Below are positions 1 to 8,497 of a stretch of 64,000 nt of DNA, in pieces; position 1 is the first letter of the stretch; each line of letters begins with the position of its first letter. Origin of the DNA: a virus; IMG/VR virus record IMGVR_UViG_3300034759_000344, positions 1 through 64,000 of that record; one strand, written 5' to 3'. The notes beneath the pieces are model-generated. The model was not told the DNA's origin. It searched no databases and saw only the letters and a program-made list of their open reading frames with translations. Both the position numbers and the translations under genes were made by a program.

Positions 1-300
1 AGATGCTTTGAGATATTATGGGATAGAGTAAAGAGGAGACGTCCAAGGAGGTAAAAAGGAACGAGAGAAAACATACTTAACCTTGGATTGCAAATCGTGG
101 TTATTACTATTCCTGTAGCCACGCCACAGACGAGGAAATCGAGGCTATGGTGCGCAGTGCGTATCGCAGGATGAAGAATGAAACTGGCGAAGCGATTGCG
201 GGAGAGTCCTCGGGTATTCACATCGGTTACCACATCACAGACGAGGAAATAGACGAGGAAATTGAGGATTTTGAATAAAATAGAAAGGTGGTGAGTCTTA

Positions 301-1425
301 GTGATTAATAATATAATTTTCGAAAATCCAGAATACGTTAAACTACATATCGATTACGACACACCAGATAAAGTAACTAATAGTAACAAGCCGCTTATTC
401 AGGGATTAGGTAAGGAGTCTACATTAGTGTTACCTAAATTAGATAGGGATATAATATTCCAAGCTATAGACTACCAGTTACAGACTACAAATAAGTTGAA
501 AAAATACAATGAAACCATAGGAATAAATGAAGTATGGGTGGATAACCTGCATAAAGTGAATTCGACATTTACAGCCAACGAAGAGCTTATGGAAAATCTC
601 AGAAAAGTAATGTTTGCTGGATTAGTATTTGTTAAAGAATGGATGTCAATACTTGAGAACAGGTATAAAGGCGAAGTCATGCAAAAGTTTACAGTAAGTA
701 CCGACATTACTATAAATAATACTAACAGCTTTGATTATGAAAATTATATCAATTTGTACATTGGTTACGGCTCTTATCCGAAAGCAACAAGCGCTTACAT
801 AGCTGCTACCTACGAAAACGGAAAGCTACCTATACGAAAGTATGTACAGAGAACTGTACACTACTATGAAAGAGGTGAACAACCAAATAGGAAGAGCGTA
901 CTGGACATTAGATTAAGTGGATTTGAGCCAGAAATAGCAGCAAATTTCTTCCAAGACAAACTAATGTCAGAATACATCAGGATATACTACAATCCTGTAA
1001 GAGTACGCTCATTTAGTCTCACTAAAATAAGTAAGGTGAAAAAAGCAAAGAGGCTTCCTATGTCAATATCTGAATGGCTGGACTACAATAGAACCATCGA
1101 AGAGCTAAAAACCGATAAAGTAGTTGGTGCTCTCAACATACACCACTACATGAGAGGCAGCCTTCCGAAAGAATATGTGAAATTGAAGAGCAGACTGTCT
1201 ACAATAAGATCCTATACAAAGCACGACATAAATGCACCTGTCCGTGTTAGACGTCTATCAATCAGTGAAGACTTAAGACCAGGCGGATCATCAATCTTTG
1301 AAGCCATAGTTGATTACGAAAATGAGGAAAACATGCTGCATTTAATTAATCCAAAGACAAGTAGATCTGTTATGCAAAAAATAAATGATGAGGTAAGGGT
1401 TTACTGCGGATTAGCAAAGATATAA
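301..1425 (+). CDS. hypothetical early protein, paralogue A
   Basis: 374-aa ORF with RBS; colinear homologue of 1523-2641 (shared blocks DYQLQTTNKLKKYN, LRKVMFAGL, GFEPE.AANFFQDK, YCGLAKI). Confidence 0.85.
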   Translation: MINNIIFENPEYVKLHIDYDTPDKVTNSNKPLIQGLGKESTLVLPKLDRDIIFQAIDYQLQTTNKLKKYNETIGINEVWVDNLHKVNSTFTANEELMENLRKVMFAGLVFVKEWMSILENRYKGEVMQKFTVSTDITINNTNSFDYENYINLYIGYGSYPKATSAYIAATYENGKLPIRKYVQRTVHYYERGEQPNRKSVLDIRLSGFEPEIAANFFQDKLMSEYIRIYYNPVRVRSFSLTKISKVKKAKRLPMSISEWLDYNRTIEELKTDKVVGALNIHHYMRGSLPKEYVKLKSRLSTIRSYTKHDINAPVRVRRLSISEDLRPGGSSIFEAIVDYENEENMLHLINPKTSRSVMQKINDEVRVYCGLAKI

Positions 1426-1435
1426 GCAAAGATAT

Positions 1436-1500
1436 AATCCTTTCCCCTCTCGGGGTGAGGAGAGAAGCTTCGCTTCTCTCCTCTTTGGTCTTTTGAATAA
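1436..1500 (+). repeat. duplicated intergenic element, copy 1, with terminator-like hairpin
   Basis: near-identical to 2640-2704; hairpin GAGGAGAGAAGC-TTC-GCTTCTCTCCTC at 1457-1483 followed by T-rich sequence. Confidence 0.85.
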
Positions 1501-1522
1501 ATTAAGAAAGGTGGTGTATTTA

Positions 1523-2641
1523 ATGATTAATGGTGTAGCTTTTGAAAAGCCAGAATATGTTAGACTACAAATTGACTATAACATTCCGCTTACAGAAGGT
1601 GCTGACAAAGAACTAATTGATGAAGTGGGAATGGAAACAGTAGTAACAATTCCAGAACTGAACAGGGATAAAATATTCCAAGTTATAGATTATCAGCTGC
1701 AAACTACAAATAAGTTGAAAAAATATAACAAAAACATAGAAATACATGGAATATGGATAAGCAACCTGTATAAAGTGAATGTCGCATTTGTAACTAATAG
1801 CGAACTTATGGAAGATCTAAGAAAAGTAATGTTTGCTGGATTGGCACATGTTGCAGAATTGGAATCAATACTTGAAAATAAATATAGGTATTCTGAAGGC
1901 GTACAAAAGTTTACGGCAAGCTCTACCATTATTATAGCTAACTCTCATAGCGGTGATCCCGGGGATTACATTAACTTGTACATTGGCTACAGTGATCACC
2001 CGAAAGAAACAAGCGTTTATATACTTGCTAGACGTGGAAAGCGGTTGCCGCCTCTACGAAAGCGGGTACAAAGAGCAGTATACTACACTACGCATGAAGG
2101 ACCGATGAAAAAGCAGGGATCAGTAGAAATCAGATTCTATGGATTTGAGCCGGAGTTAGCAGCAAATTTTTTCCAAGATAAAATGTTGACAGAATATATC
2201 AAAATATATTACCAGCATAGTGCGAATACAAAGATATTTGGGATTGCAAAAATGAGCAGTATACAAGGAGCAAAAAGATTGCCTATGATGGTACCCGAAT
2301 GGCTGAATTGCAACACAACCATTGAGGAGTTAAAAACCGATAAAGTAACAAATACACTCAACGTACAGCATAGCTTTGAAGACGAGCTGCCAAAAGAGTA
2401 TATGAAATTGAAAAGCAGGCTGTTCGCAATGAAATCTTATACAAAGCACGCTTCAGATGTAAATGCACTTATTCACGTCGTACGCTTGTCAGTAGCAAAC
2501 GAGTATCCGCGTGTGGAACTCATAGTTAATTATGAAAATGAGGAAATCATGCTGCAGGTAATCGATCCCAAAACAGATAGGTCTACGATTAGAAAAATAA
2601 ACGATGAGATAAAAGCTTACTGCGGATTAGCAAAGATATAA
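1523..2641 (+). CDS. hypothetical early protein, paralogue B
   Basis: ATG at 1523 after AAGGTGGTG, matching the start context of paralogue A; end-to-end similarity. Confidence 0.85.
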   Translation: MINGVAFEKPEYVRLQIDYNIPLTEGADKELIDEVGMETVVTIPELNRDKIFQVIDYQLQTTNKLKKYNKNIEIHGIWISNLYKVNVAFVTNSELMEDLRKVMFAGLAHVAELESILENKYRYSEGVQKFTASSTIIIANSHSGDPGDYINLYIGYSDHPKETSVYILARRGKRLPPLRKRVQRAVYYTTHEGPMKKQGSVEIRFYGFEPELAANFFQDKMLTEYIKIYYQHSANTKIFGIAKMSSIQGAKRLPMMVPEWLNCNTTIEELKTDKVTNTLNVQHSFEDELPKEYMKLKSRLFAMKSYTKHASDVNALIHVVRLSVANEYPRVELIVNYENEEIMLQVIDPKTDRSTIRKINDEIKAYCGLAKI

Positions 2642-2704
2642 TCCTTTCCCCTCTCGGGGTGAGGAGAGAAGCTTCGCTTCTCTCCCCTTTGGTCTTTTGA
2701 ATAA
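2640..2704 (+). repeat. duplicated intergenic element, copy 2, with terminator-like hairpin
   Basis: near-identical to 1436-1500. Confidence 0.85.
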
Positions 2705-2749
2705 AAAAAACATAAAATGAATAAAAAACATAAAAGGAGGTATGTAAAA

Positions 2750-3769
2750 ATGGAATTGAATTTCACTGTTACACCAAATGAATTGAAAGAAAGGCTTATG
2801 CGTTTGACAGGAATGGATGAACCACCAGCAGTATTCTTATGGGGACAGCCGGGTATTGGAAAAACTCAAGTAGTTTATCAGGTAGCAGAAGAAGCAGGGC
2901 TGGAATGCAAAGTAATGGTATTGTCCTTGATGGATCCAGTAGAGCTTAAAGGATTCTTGTTCCCAAATAGAAAAACCAAAGAAGCTGAGTATTTCCCGTT
3001 GAGCTTTCCTAAAGAGAAGTTCATACTGTTTTTTGACGAGTTCAATACTGCCCCAGTTGCTGTGCAGAATGCAGCTATGAGAATTGTACTGGAAAAGAAA
3101 ATAGGAGATTATGCGTTGCCTAAAGGAACACTGGTTATCTGTGCCGGCAATCGTATGAAGGACAAGGTAAACGTATCCAAGATGTCGTCAGCAATGGTAA
3201 ATAGGGCTATCCACTATGGAGTAGTTCCCAGCTTTGATGATTTCAAGCAGTACTGGTATAGCAAAAAGTTAGCACCAGAAGTAATAGGTTACTTGGAAAT
3301 GTATCCAAGCGATTTGTGTCATGAACCAAGTGTAGATATGCCGTTCCCAACTCCCAGAACTTGGGAAATGGTAGCCAGATATGGAAAGTTTGATGACGTA
3401 CCAACCATTAGCGGATTGCTTGGAGATAGTACTGGATTGAAGTTCGCTAAATTCGTTGAGAATTGCTATGGAATAGATGAGGTAATCAAGGAAGTAATAA
3501 AAGGTGAAAAGATATATCCCAAAGAAGAAGAAACTGAAAGAAGCTACATGCTTATATCTTCGTTGGTTGATTTGACTGATGAAAACAACCTACCAACTAT
3601 AGTGGAATACGTAGTAGAGGCTCCAGATTACTTCTCACCATTTGGTATAGCTTTGATAAAGAACTTGAGGCTCAAAGGAATACAGCCACAAGCATTCTTG
3701 AGTCCAAAATGCAAAGCAGTAACCACCAAGTTGTATAAGAAATTCAAGTTTGCTTTTGAAAATGCTTGA
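2750..3769 (+). CDS. MoxR-like AAA+ ATPase
   Basis: Walker A GQPGIGKT, Walker B LFFDEFN, AGNR, PTPRTWE; GGAGG RBS before ATG 2750. Confidence 0.9.
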   Translation: MELNFTVTPNELKERLMRLTGMDEPPAVFLWGQPGIGKTQVVYQVAEEAGLECKVMVLSLMDPVELKGFLFPNRKTKEAEYFPLSFPKEKFILFFDEFNTAPVAVQNAAMRIVLEKKIGDYALPKGTLVICAGNRMKDKVNVSKMSSAMVNRAIHYGVVPSFDDFKQYWYSKKLAPEVIGYLEMYPSDLCHEPSVDMPFPTPRTWEMVARYGKFDDVPTISGLLGDSTGLKFAKFVENCYGIDEVIKEVIKGEKIYPKEEETERSYMLISSLVDLTDENNLPTIVEYVVEAPDYFSPFGIALIKNLRLKGIQPQAFLSPKCKAVTTKLYKKFKFAFENA

Positions 3770-3777
3770 TTTAAGAG

Positions 3778-5133
3778 GTGGTTAAGATGACAAGGAAAAC
3801 ACCGAAACAGATAATCCGGGAACACATAGGATTGATGGTGATTAAATATCCAGCGCTGGCACTTCCGCTTTTGAAGTGCCAGCTGGTAGTTGAGGATATA
3901 AAGCCGGGATTTGTAGCAGCTATAGATCCTGTACATAAGAAGCTATACGTATCGCCAAGTTTAGCTGAGCACAAGAGTGAAACTATATGCTTTGTGTTGG
4001 CTCATGAAGCACTCCACGTTATAACTGGAACTCATGGAAGAAGAGGAAACAGGGATCCTTTCTTATGGAATATCGCCACCGACCTCGAAGTAAACTGGGT
4101 TTTAATCGATGATATGAAGTTGAAACCAGCTAATTTTACTGGATATGTGAACGAACAAACAGATTTATCTCCACTATATAATGCAAAATACAAACACGTG
4201 TATGCTGAAAAGATATATGAGGAAATACAGAAGTTTACCAAGCAGATATCGCCAAGGGTAACTATTGATGCGCAGGGAAATGTTATGATTGATTTGGGAT
4301 TACCTGATGGAAGCGGTCAAGAAAGTGGCCAAGAAGGTGAGGAAAAAGACCAACAGCCTATCCCAGGAACTGTGCATGTGGATAGTGACGGAACGATTAC
4401 CGTAATTGGAAAAGATGGAGAAATAATTGCCAGAGGAAAGATAAGTGATATATACAAACAACCAGACAGCAATGAAGAATCCAGGAAATTGAAACAGGAA
4501 GAACGAGAAGCTGCAGTAAACGTAAGCCAGATGGCTAAAAAAGGCATAGGAAAAATTCCAGCAGGATTGCAAAGATTAGTAGACAGATTGGTAGACTCAA
4601 AAGTATCCTGGAAGGACTTGCTGGAAGACGCCATAACCACGGTAATGGAGCGCAACGACTACTCGTATAGAAGACCTAACAAGTTGTATATGATGGATGA
4701 CTTCTATGTTCCAACTTTGTTAGGTGAAGAGCGCAATATTGTGGTAGTAGTTGATACTTCAGGGAGTATTGGAGAAGAAGAGTTAAGAACCTTCTTATCC
4801 GAAGTTAAGGCACTGATTGAAATGTATAAAGTAACCTATATAGCTTGCGATTGTAGTGTGTACAGCGTGGTTGAAGATGTACAAGATATGCAAGAAGTGT
4901 TTGAGAATACTCACGGAGGTGGTGGTACTTCCTTTGCTCCAGCATTTGAGAAGATAAGCGAACTGGATAAAGATAAGATAATAGTGATATTGATGACTGA
5001 TGGATACAATGGGGAACCGGAAATGGTATATAAGCCAGACAATGTAGACAAAGTCATAGCATTAACTACAACTGATAAAGCTCCTGAAGATATAGAGTAT
5101 GATATATTGATTAAAATCAATGATGAAGAATAA
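3778..5133 (+). CDS. DUF2201-type metallopeptidase plus vWA domain protein (MoxR partner)
   Basis: HEALH zinc motif, WNIATD, YSYRRPN, MIDAS DTSGS, GGGGTSF, MTDGY. Confidence 0.9.
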   Translation: MVKMTRKTPKQIIREHIGLMVIKYPALALPLLKCQLVVEDIKPGFVAAIDPVHKKLYVSPSLAEHKSETICFVLAHEALHVITGTHGRRGNRDPFLWNIATDLEVNWVLIDDMKLKPANFTGYVNEQTDLSPLYNAKYKHVYAEKIYEEIQKFTKQISPRVTIDAQGNVMIDLGLPDGSGQESGQEGEEKDQQPIPGTVHVDSDGTITVIGKDGEIIARGKISDIYKQPDSNEESRKLKQEEREAAVNVSQMAKKGIGKIPAGLQRLVDRLVDSKVSWKDLLEDAITTVMERNDYSYRRPNKLYMMDDFYVPTLLGEERNIVVVVDTSGSIGEEELRTFLSEVKALIEMYKVTYIACDCSVYSVVEDVQDMQEVFENTHGGGGTSFAPAFEKISELDKDKIIVILMTDGYNGEPEMVYKPDNVDKVIALTTTDKAPEDIEYDILIKINDEE

Positions 5134-5138
5134 AGAAT

Positions 5139-5263
5139 GCGGTGGTAAAACCTGGCAGGAAATAAACTGCCATAGGTTGATGCTGCGTCAACCGAGAGAA
5201 GCCTAGCTACCGCGATGGCATCGGCTTGGATGGATGACTGTCGCCGGTGGATCATATCACCAC
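5139..5263 (+). ncRNA. retron-like ncRNA unit 0 (divergent)
   Basis: 5' arm GCGGTGGTA pairs imperfectly with (CA)TATCACCAC; hairpins TGGCAG/CTGCCA and GGTTGA-TGCTGCG-TCAACC, the latter a compensatory variant of the array core hairpin. Confidence 0.55.
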
Positions 5264-5268
5264 AGATG

Positions 5269-5430
5269 TAAACTTGGGTAACACTAAAACAACATAAGAA
5301 GCTTAAACAAAGCAGTATATATCAGGCTGACGTTTCGTCAGCCAATGTACCAAAAGATCCTACCTGAAGCCTTCCTCGGGTGTGTGAACGCACACGTTCA
5401 CACGTTGGAGAAAGGACATACCCAAGTTTA
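5269..5430 (+). ncRNA. retron-like ncRNA unit 1 (closing IR, conserved core, variable hairpin)
   Basis: 12-bp perfect IR TAAACTTGGGTA (5269-5280) / TACCCAAGTTTA (5419-5430); core 5286-5343; variable hairpin GTGTGAACG-CACA-CGTTCACAC. Confidence 0.8.
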
Positions 5431-5441
5431 AAAGTATCCAG

Positions 5442-5590
5442 GTTTGGGTAACATTAACGCAAAAAACAACATAAGAAGCTTAAACAAAGCAGTATACATC
5501 AAGGGTGATGCTTCGTCAGCCGATGTATCAAAAGAACCTGCTAAAAGCAAGGTCTTGACCGCTGAGCCAGCGGTCAGTCCATACCCAAAC
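5442..5590 (+). ncRNA. retron-like ncRNA unit 2
   Basis: 9-bp IR GTTTGGGTA (5442-5450) / TACCCAAAC (5582-5590); core 5463-5521; variable hairpin TGACCGCTG-AGC-CAGCGGTCA. Confidence 0.8.
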
Positions 5591-5595
5591 GTAAA

Positions 5596-5767
5596 GCACA
5601 GGTAACGTAAAAACAACATAAGAAGCTTAAACAAAGCAGTATACATCAAGGCTGATGCTTCGTCAGCCGATGAGAGATAAGTAACATCCATTGGTAAAGA
5701 ATGTGCCAGGTCCTCGGACCGACCTTTGGGTCGTCCTGCGGTGGCGCATTCTTTAGCATACCTGTGC
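5596..5767 (+). ncRNA. retron-like ncRNA unit 3
   Basis: 9-bp IR GCACAGGTA (5596-5604) / TACCTGTGC (5759-5767); core 5610-5668; variable branched stem TAAAGAATGTGCCA...TGGCGCATTCTTTA. Confidence 0.8.
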
Positions 5768-5797
5768 AAGAAATAGGAAGGAGGTGCAAAAATATAA

Positions 5798-6733
5798 ATG
5801 GGTAAATCATTTATAGATCCTAATAATCCTGGTAACTGGAACATCTTTAAGGTGAAGAAAAGAGGAGGTGGTTGGAGAATCATAGAAGAGCCTAAACCGG
5901 CATTAATGGAGCAGTATAAGAAACTGTTCGATGAACTGATGAGGAGCAATGTGATTAGAAACCGTTTGTTCTGTCCTTTTAGTCATGGATTTGTGCCGGG
6001 AAGAAGCATAGCAACTAATGCACAGCCGCATGTAGGTAAGAAGTATGTAGCAGCTATAGATATCAAAGACTTCTTTGGATCCATATCCGTAGATAAACTC
6101 TACGGTCTCTATCCTCAAGTCGGTACAGAAATAGCTGATATAGCAAGATCCATAGTCAAACGTCCGTATCTTGAACATGTAAAAGAAACGCTGACAAATA
6201 CTGTGTTTAAAACAAGAGAAAAAAATGGGGAGGTGGTAACTTATCTACCGCAGGGAGCACCAACTTCTCCCATCATAGCTAATTTGTATATGTCCAGGTT
6301 TGACTGGAAGTTTGGAATGACCTGTGCTAAACACGATATAGCTTACACCAGATATGCAGATAATATAACCATATCTGGAGATGATCCTCAAAAGCTGAGA
6401 GAAATGCTTAAGTATGGGTTAGGGCTCATTAAGCACGATATGCAGTTAAGAGTTAAGTATGTAAGAGTTATGCCTTACTGGAAAAAACAGAAAGTGTGTG
6501 GAGTGGTAGTTAACAGCAAGCTGAACGTAGACCGTGAATACCGAAGAAGAGTAAGAGCTATGCTGCATCAAATAAATCAGAAAAGCGAAGAAGAAAAGAG
6601 GAAAATACTGGGAATGGCAGCATATATCCACAGCGTCAGAAGACTAAACGAGGCAAATCCTGAAGACCTTCCCATCAGCAATGCAGAATACTACGCATTG
6701 AAGAGGGCTGAAAAAGCTCTTAATAAGATGTAG
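5798..6733 (+). CDS. retron-type reverse transcriptase (YADN variant)
   Basis: GGWRIIEEP, HGFVPGRS, retron region X NAQPH, IDIKDFFGSI, LPQGAPTSP, YTRYADNITISG, region Y-like KVCGVVVN; RT domain only, 311 aa; GGAGG RBS. Confidence 0.9.
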   Translation: MGKSFIDPNNPGNWNIFKVKKRGGGWRIIEEPKPALMEQYKKLFDELMRSNVIRNRLFCPFSHGFVPGRSIATNAQPHVGKKYVAAIDIKDFFGSISVDKLYGLYPQVGTEIADIARSIVKRPYLEHVKETLTNTVFKTREKNGEVVTYLPQGAPTSPIIANLYMSRFDWKFGMTCAKHDIAYTRYADNITISGDDPQKLREMLKYGLGLIKHDMQLRVKYVRVMPYWKKQKVCGVVVNSKLNVDREYRRRVRAMLHQINQKSEEEKRKILGMAAYIHSVRRLNEANPEDLPISNAEYYALKRAEKALNKM

Positions 6734-6750
6734 TGTGATGATGGAGTTGA

Positions 6751-6771
6751 CTAAACTATGCTGAAGTTGAA
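6751..6771. promoter_or_regulatory. palindromic operator-like site
   Basis: CTAAACTA-N5-AAGTTGAA, matches the recurrent motif YTMAACTA-N5-TAGTTKAR. Confidence 0.5.
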
Positions 6772-6884
6772 AATTAAAATGAACAATGGTATAGTAATAA
6801 AAAAAATGTCAGCCTCCTTCACCGGTGAGAGCAAAAGCTCGTACGAGCTTTTGCTCCACCAAGAAAACTAATGGAAAGGAGTGG

Positions 6885-7334
6885 ATGCTGATGTATGAAA
6901 ACATCAAAGAACAAATACTGGAATTGGTTGGTGAAGTGCATGAGAGGGAAGAGAAATTGGATGCGGAAACCGATCAGTTAAAATCCGAAATACAAACCTT
7001 AATACACAAAGTGAATGAAGCAGCTGCAAAGCTTGGTAGGGAATTTGTAGATGCACTAGTAGAAGCAGGATGTAAACTTCCTATATGCATAGGCAACGTG
7101 GTAGTAGATGAGTCAGGTAACATAGTTTACCACCACGACGGTATAGTTGGAAAATCTGCGGAAGCTTCCATATCTTTTATTCAGGATTTGAAGGAAGGAG
7201 AATTGATAAATGCACTACGTAAGGAAATGAATGTGGCAGTAGAGGAGAAAGAACTAAAGAACGAAGAACTAAAAAGATATGTAGCCCATTTGAGAAAGCT
7301 CCTGGATAGCATAAAAAACCGAAGGGAGGGTTAG
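6885..7334 (+). CDS. hypothetical coiled-coil protein
   Basis: E/K-rich helical ORF; AAGGAG RBS before ATG 6885. Confidence 0.7.
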   Translation: MLMYENIKEQILELVGEVHEREEKLDAETDQLKSEIQTLIHKVNEAAAKLGREFVDALVEAGCKLPICIGNVVVDESGNIVYHHDGIVGKSAEASISFIQDLKEGELINALRKEMNVAVEEKELKNEELKRYVAHLRKLLDSIKNRREG

Positions 7335-7336
7335 TT

Positions 7337-7522
7337 GTGTCTCGTGAAAAACAAGCATTTGCCAAGCATCTTGAAGAAAATAGAAATAAGTGCATGGTGT
7401 GTAAAAAACGTACTGGTAAAATACGTATATACGGGGTATGGCTATGTGAAGAATGCGTTGAGTGCCTCAACCACGATGCATTCTCCTTATATACAGCGCA
7501 TACCGTTGGTGTGGGCAAATAA
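7337..7522 (+). CDS. small zinc-finger protein
   Basis: CMVC...CEEC; GGAGG RBS. Confidence 0.6.
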   Translation: MSREKQAFAKHLEENRNKCMVCKKRTGKIRIYGVWLCEECVECLNHDAFSLYTAHTVGVGK

Positions 7523-7553
7523 CCGAAAATGTGTAAATGATAACAAGGAATTT

Positions 7554-7588
7554 AAAAGGCGGTAGGCAACACAAGCCTACCGCTTTTT
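7554..7588 (+). terminator. intrinsic terminator
   Basis: GCGGTAGGC-AACACAA-GCCTACCGC followed by TTTTT. Confidence 0.8.
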
Positions 7589-7603
7589 GATTATTAAAGG
7601 GAG

Positions 7604-7834
7604 GTGAATGCATTGGCTACTATAACTGAAGTAGTTGCTTTATATCGAATGTTAGGTATTGAAGAAACAATAGACCAGGAAGAAGGGCTTTTATCCCTGG
7701 ATATGCCTATGGAAACTTATTTGGCAAAAGTGGAAAAAGTAAAAATGCTCTTACTCAAGAAGCTGATTGAAGCCAACGTACTTAAAACTAAGATAGATGA
7801 AAATGGAATATCTCTTGAAATTACTATTGTTTGA
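7604..7834 (+). CDS. hypothetical protein
   Basis: 76-aa ORF with GGAGG RBS. Confidence 0.55.
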   Translation: MNALATITEVVALYRMLGIEETIDQEEGLLSLDMPMETYLAKVEKVKMLLLKKLIEANVLKTKIDENGISLEITIV

Positions 7835-7869
7835 TTTTCGTTCAACTAAACTAACTTTTAGTATAGGAG

Positions 7870-8487
7870 GTGATAAATATTATGCCGCTTATAAAATTAG
7901 GAAACCACAAACTAGGAAATAAAATAGCTGTGTTTTCACTACCAGCACAGATAACTTGTCCAGGAGCAACTACATGGTGTAAGAATAACTGCTACGCAAG
8001 AAAAGGCAGATACCTTTTTTCCAAAGTGAAAATAGGGTTACTTCGCAGCCTAGAGCAAACTAAGCAGGCTTCGTTTGTAGAAAATGTAGTAAAGGAACTG
8101 AACGACTTAATCAAAAAGCACGGAATAAAAGCAGTAAGAATACATGCATCTGGAGATTTCTATTCTCAAGAGTACCTCGATAAGTGGAAGGAAATAGCTT
8201 TGCAATTACCGCAGTTGAAGTTCGCTGCTTGGACCAAATCCTGGATGCTGGATTTTAAGAACTGTCCGGAAAACATAACCATATTTTACTCTATGGTACC
8301 AGATACTGAAAAGGTACCCAGCAATATAGTCAGAAGAGCATATGTAGATTACCCAGAACTGGATCCGGAGATAAGAAGGACGGGATACTACTGTCCTTAC
8401 CATGAACTGAAAAAGGGTGTCTGTCAGAAATGCGGTGTTTGTTACAGCGAAAATCCCCCTGAAATTGTGATATTCAAAAAGCACTAA
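7870..8487 (+). CDS. phage gene product 88-like protein (Cys-rich, radical SAM-like)
   Basis: FSLPA..TCPGA...C...CYA, RIHASGDF, C-terminal CP/CQKCGVC. Confidence 0.75.
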   Translation: MINIMPLIKLGNHKLGNKIAVFSLPAQITCPGATTWCKNNCYARKGRYLFSKVKIGLLRSLEQTKQASFVENVVKELNDLIKKHGIKAVRIHASGDFYSQEYLDKWKEIALQLPQLKFAAWTKSWMLDFKNCPENITIFYSMVPDTEKVPSNIVRRAYVDYPELDPEIRRTGYYCPYHELKKGVCQKCGVCYSENPPEIVIFKKH

Positions 8488-8497
8488 AAGTGGTAAA

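Noticed and set aside
32-278. Short open frame containing DEEIEAMVRSAY, resembling the holin C-terminus
   Set aside because: No convincing start or RBS; too short to call.
5286-5668. CRISPR array interpretation of the three direct repeats
   Set aside because: Repeats are ~58 nt with ~90-120-nt structured intervening segments, each unit has its own flanking IR, and no cas operon is present.
5428-5949. 173-aa - strand ORF with a repeated peptide, and ORF 4911-5255
   Set aside because: Antisense shadows of the ncRNA repeats and adjacent genes; no supporting protein features.
5798-6733. DGR or group II intron RT
   Set aside because: Retron-type NAxxH and V(T/C)G motifs; no maturase or endonuclease domain, no Avd-like gene, and no TR/VR pair with adenine-only differences found.
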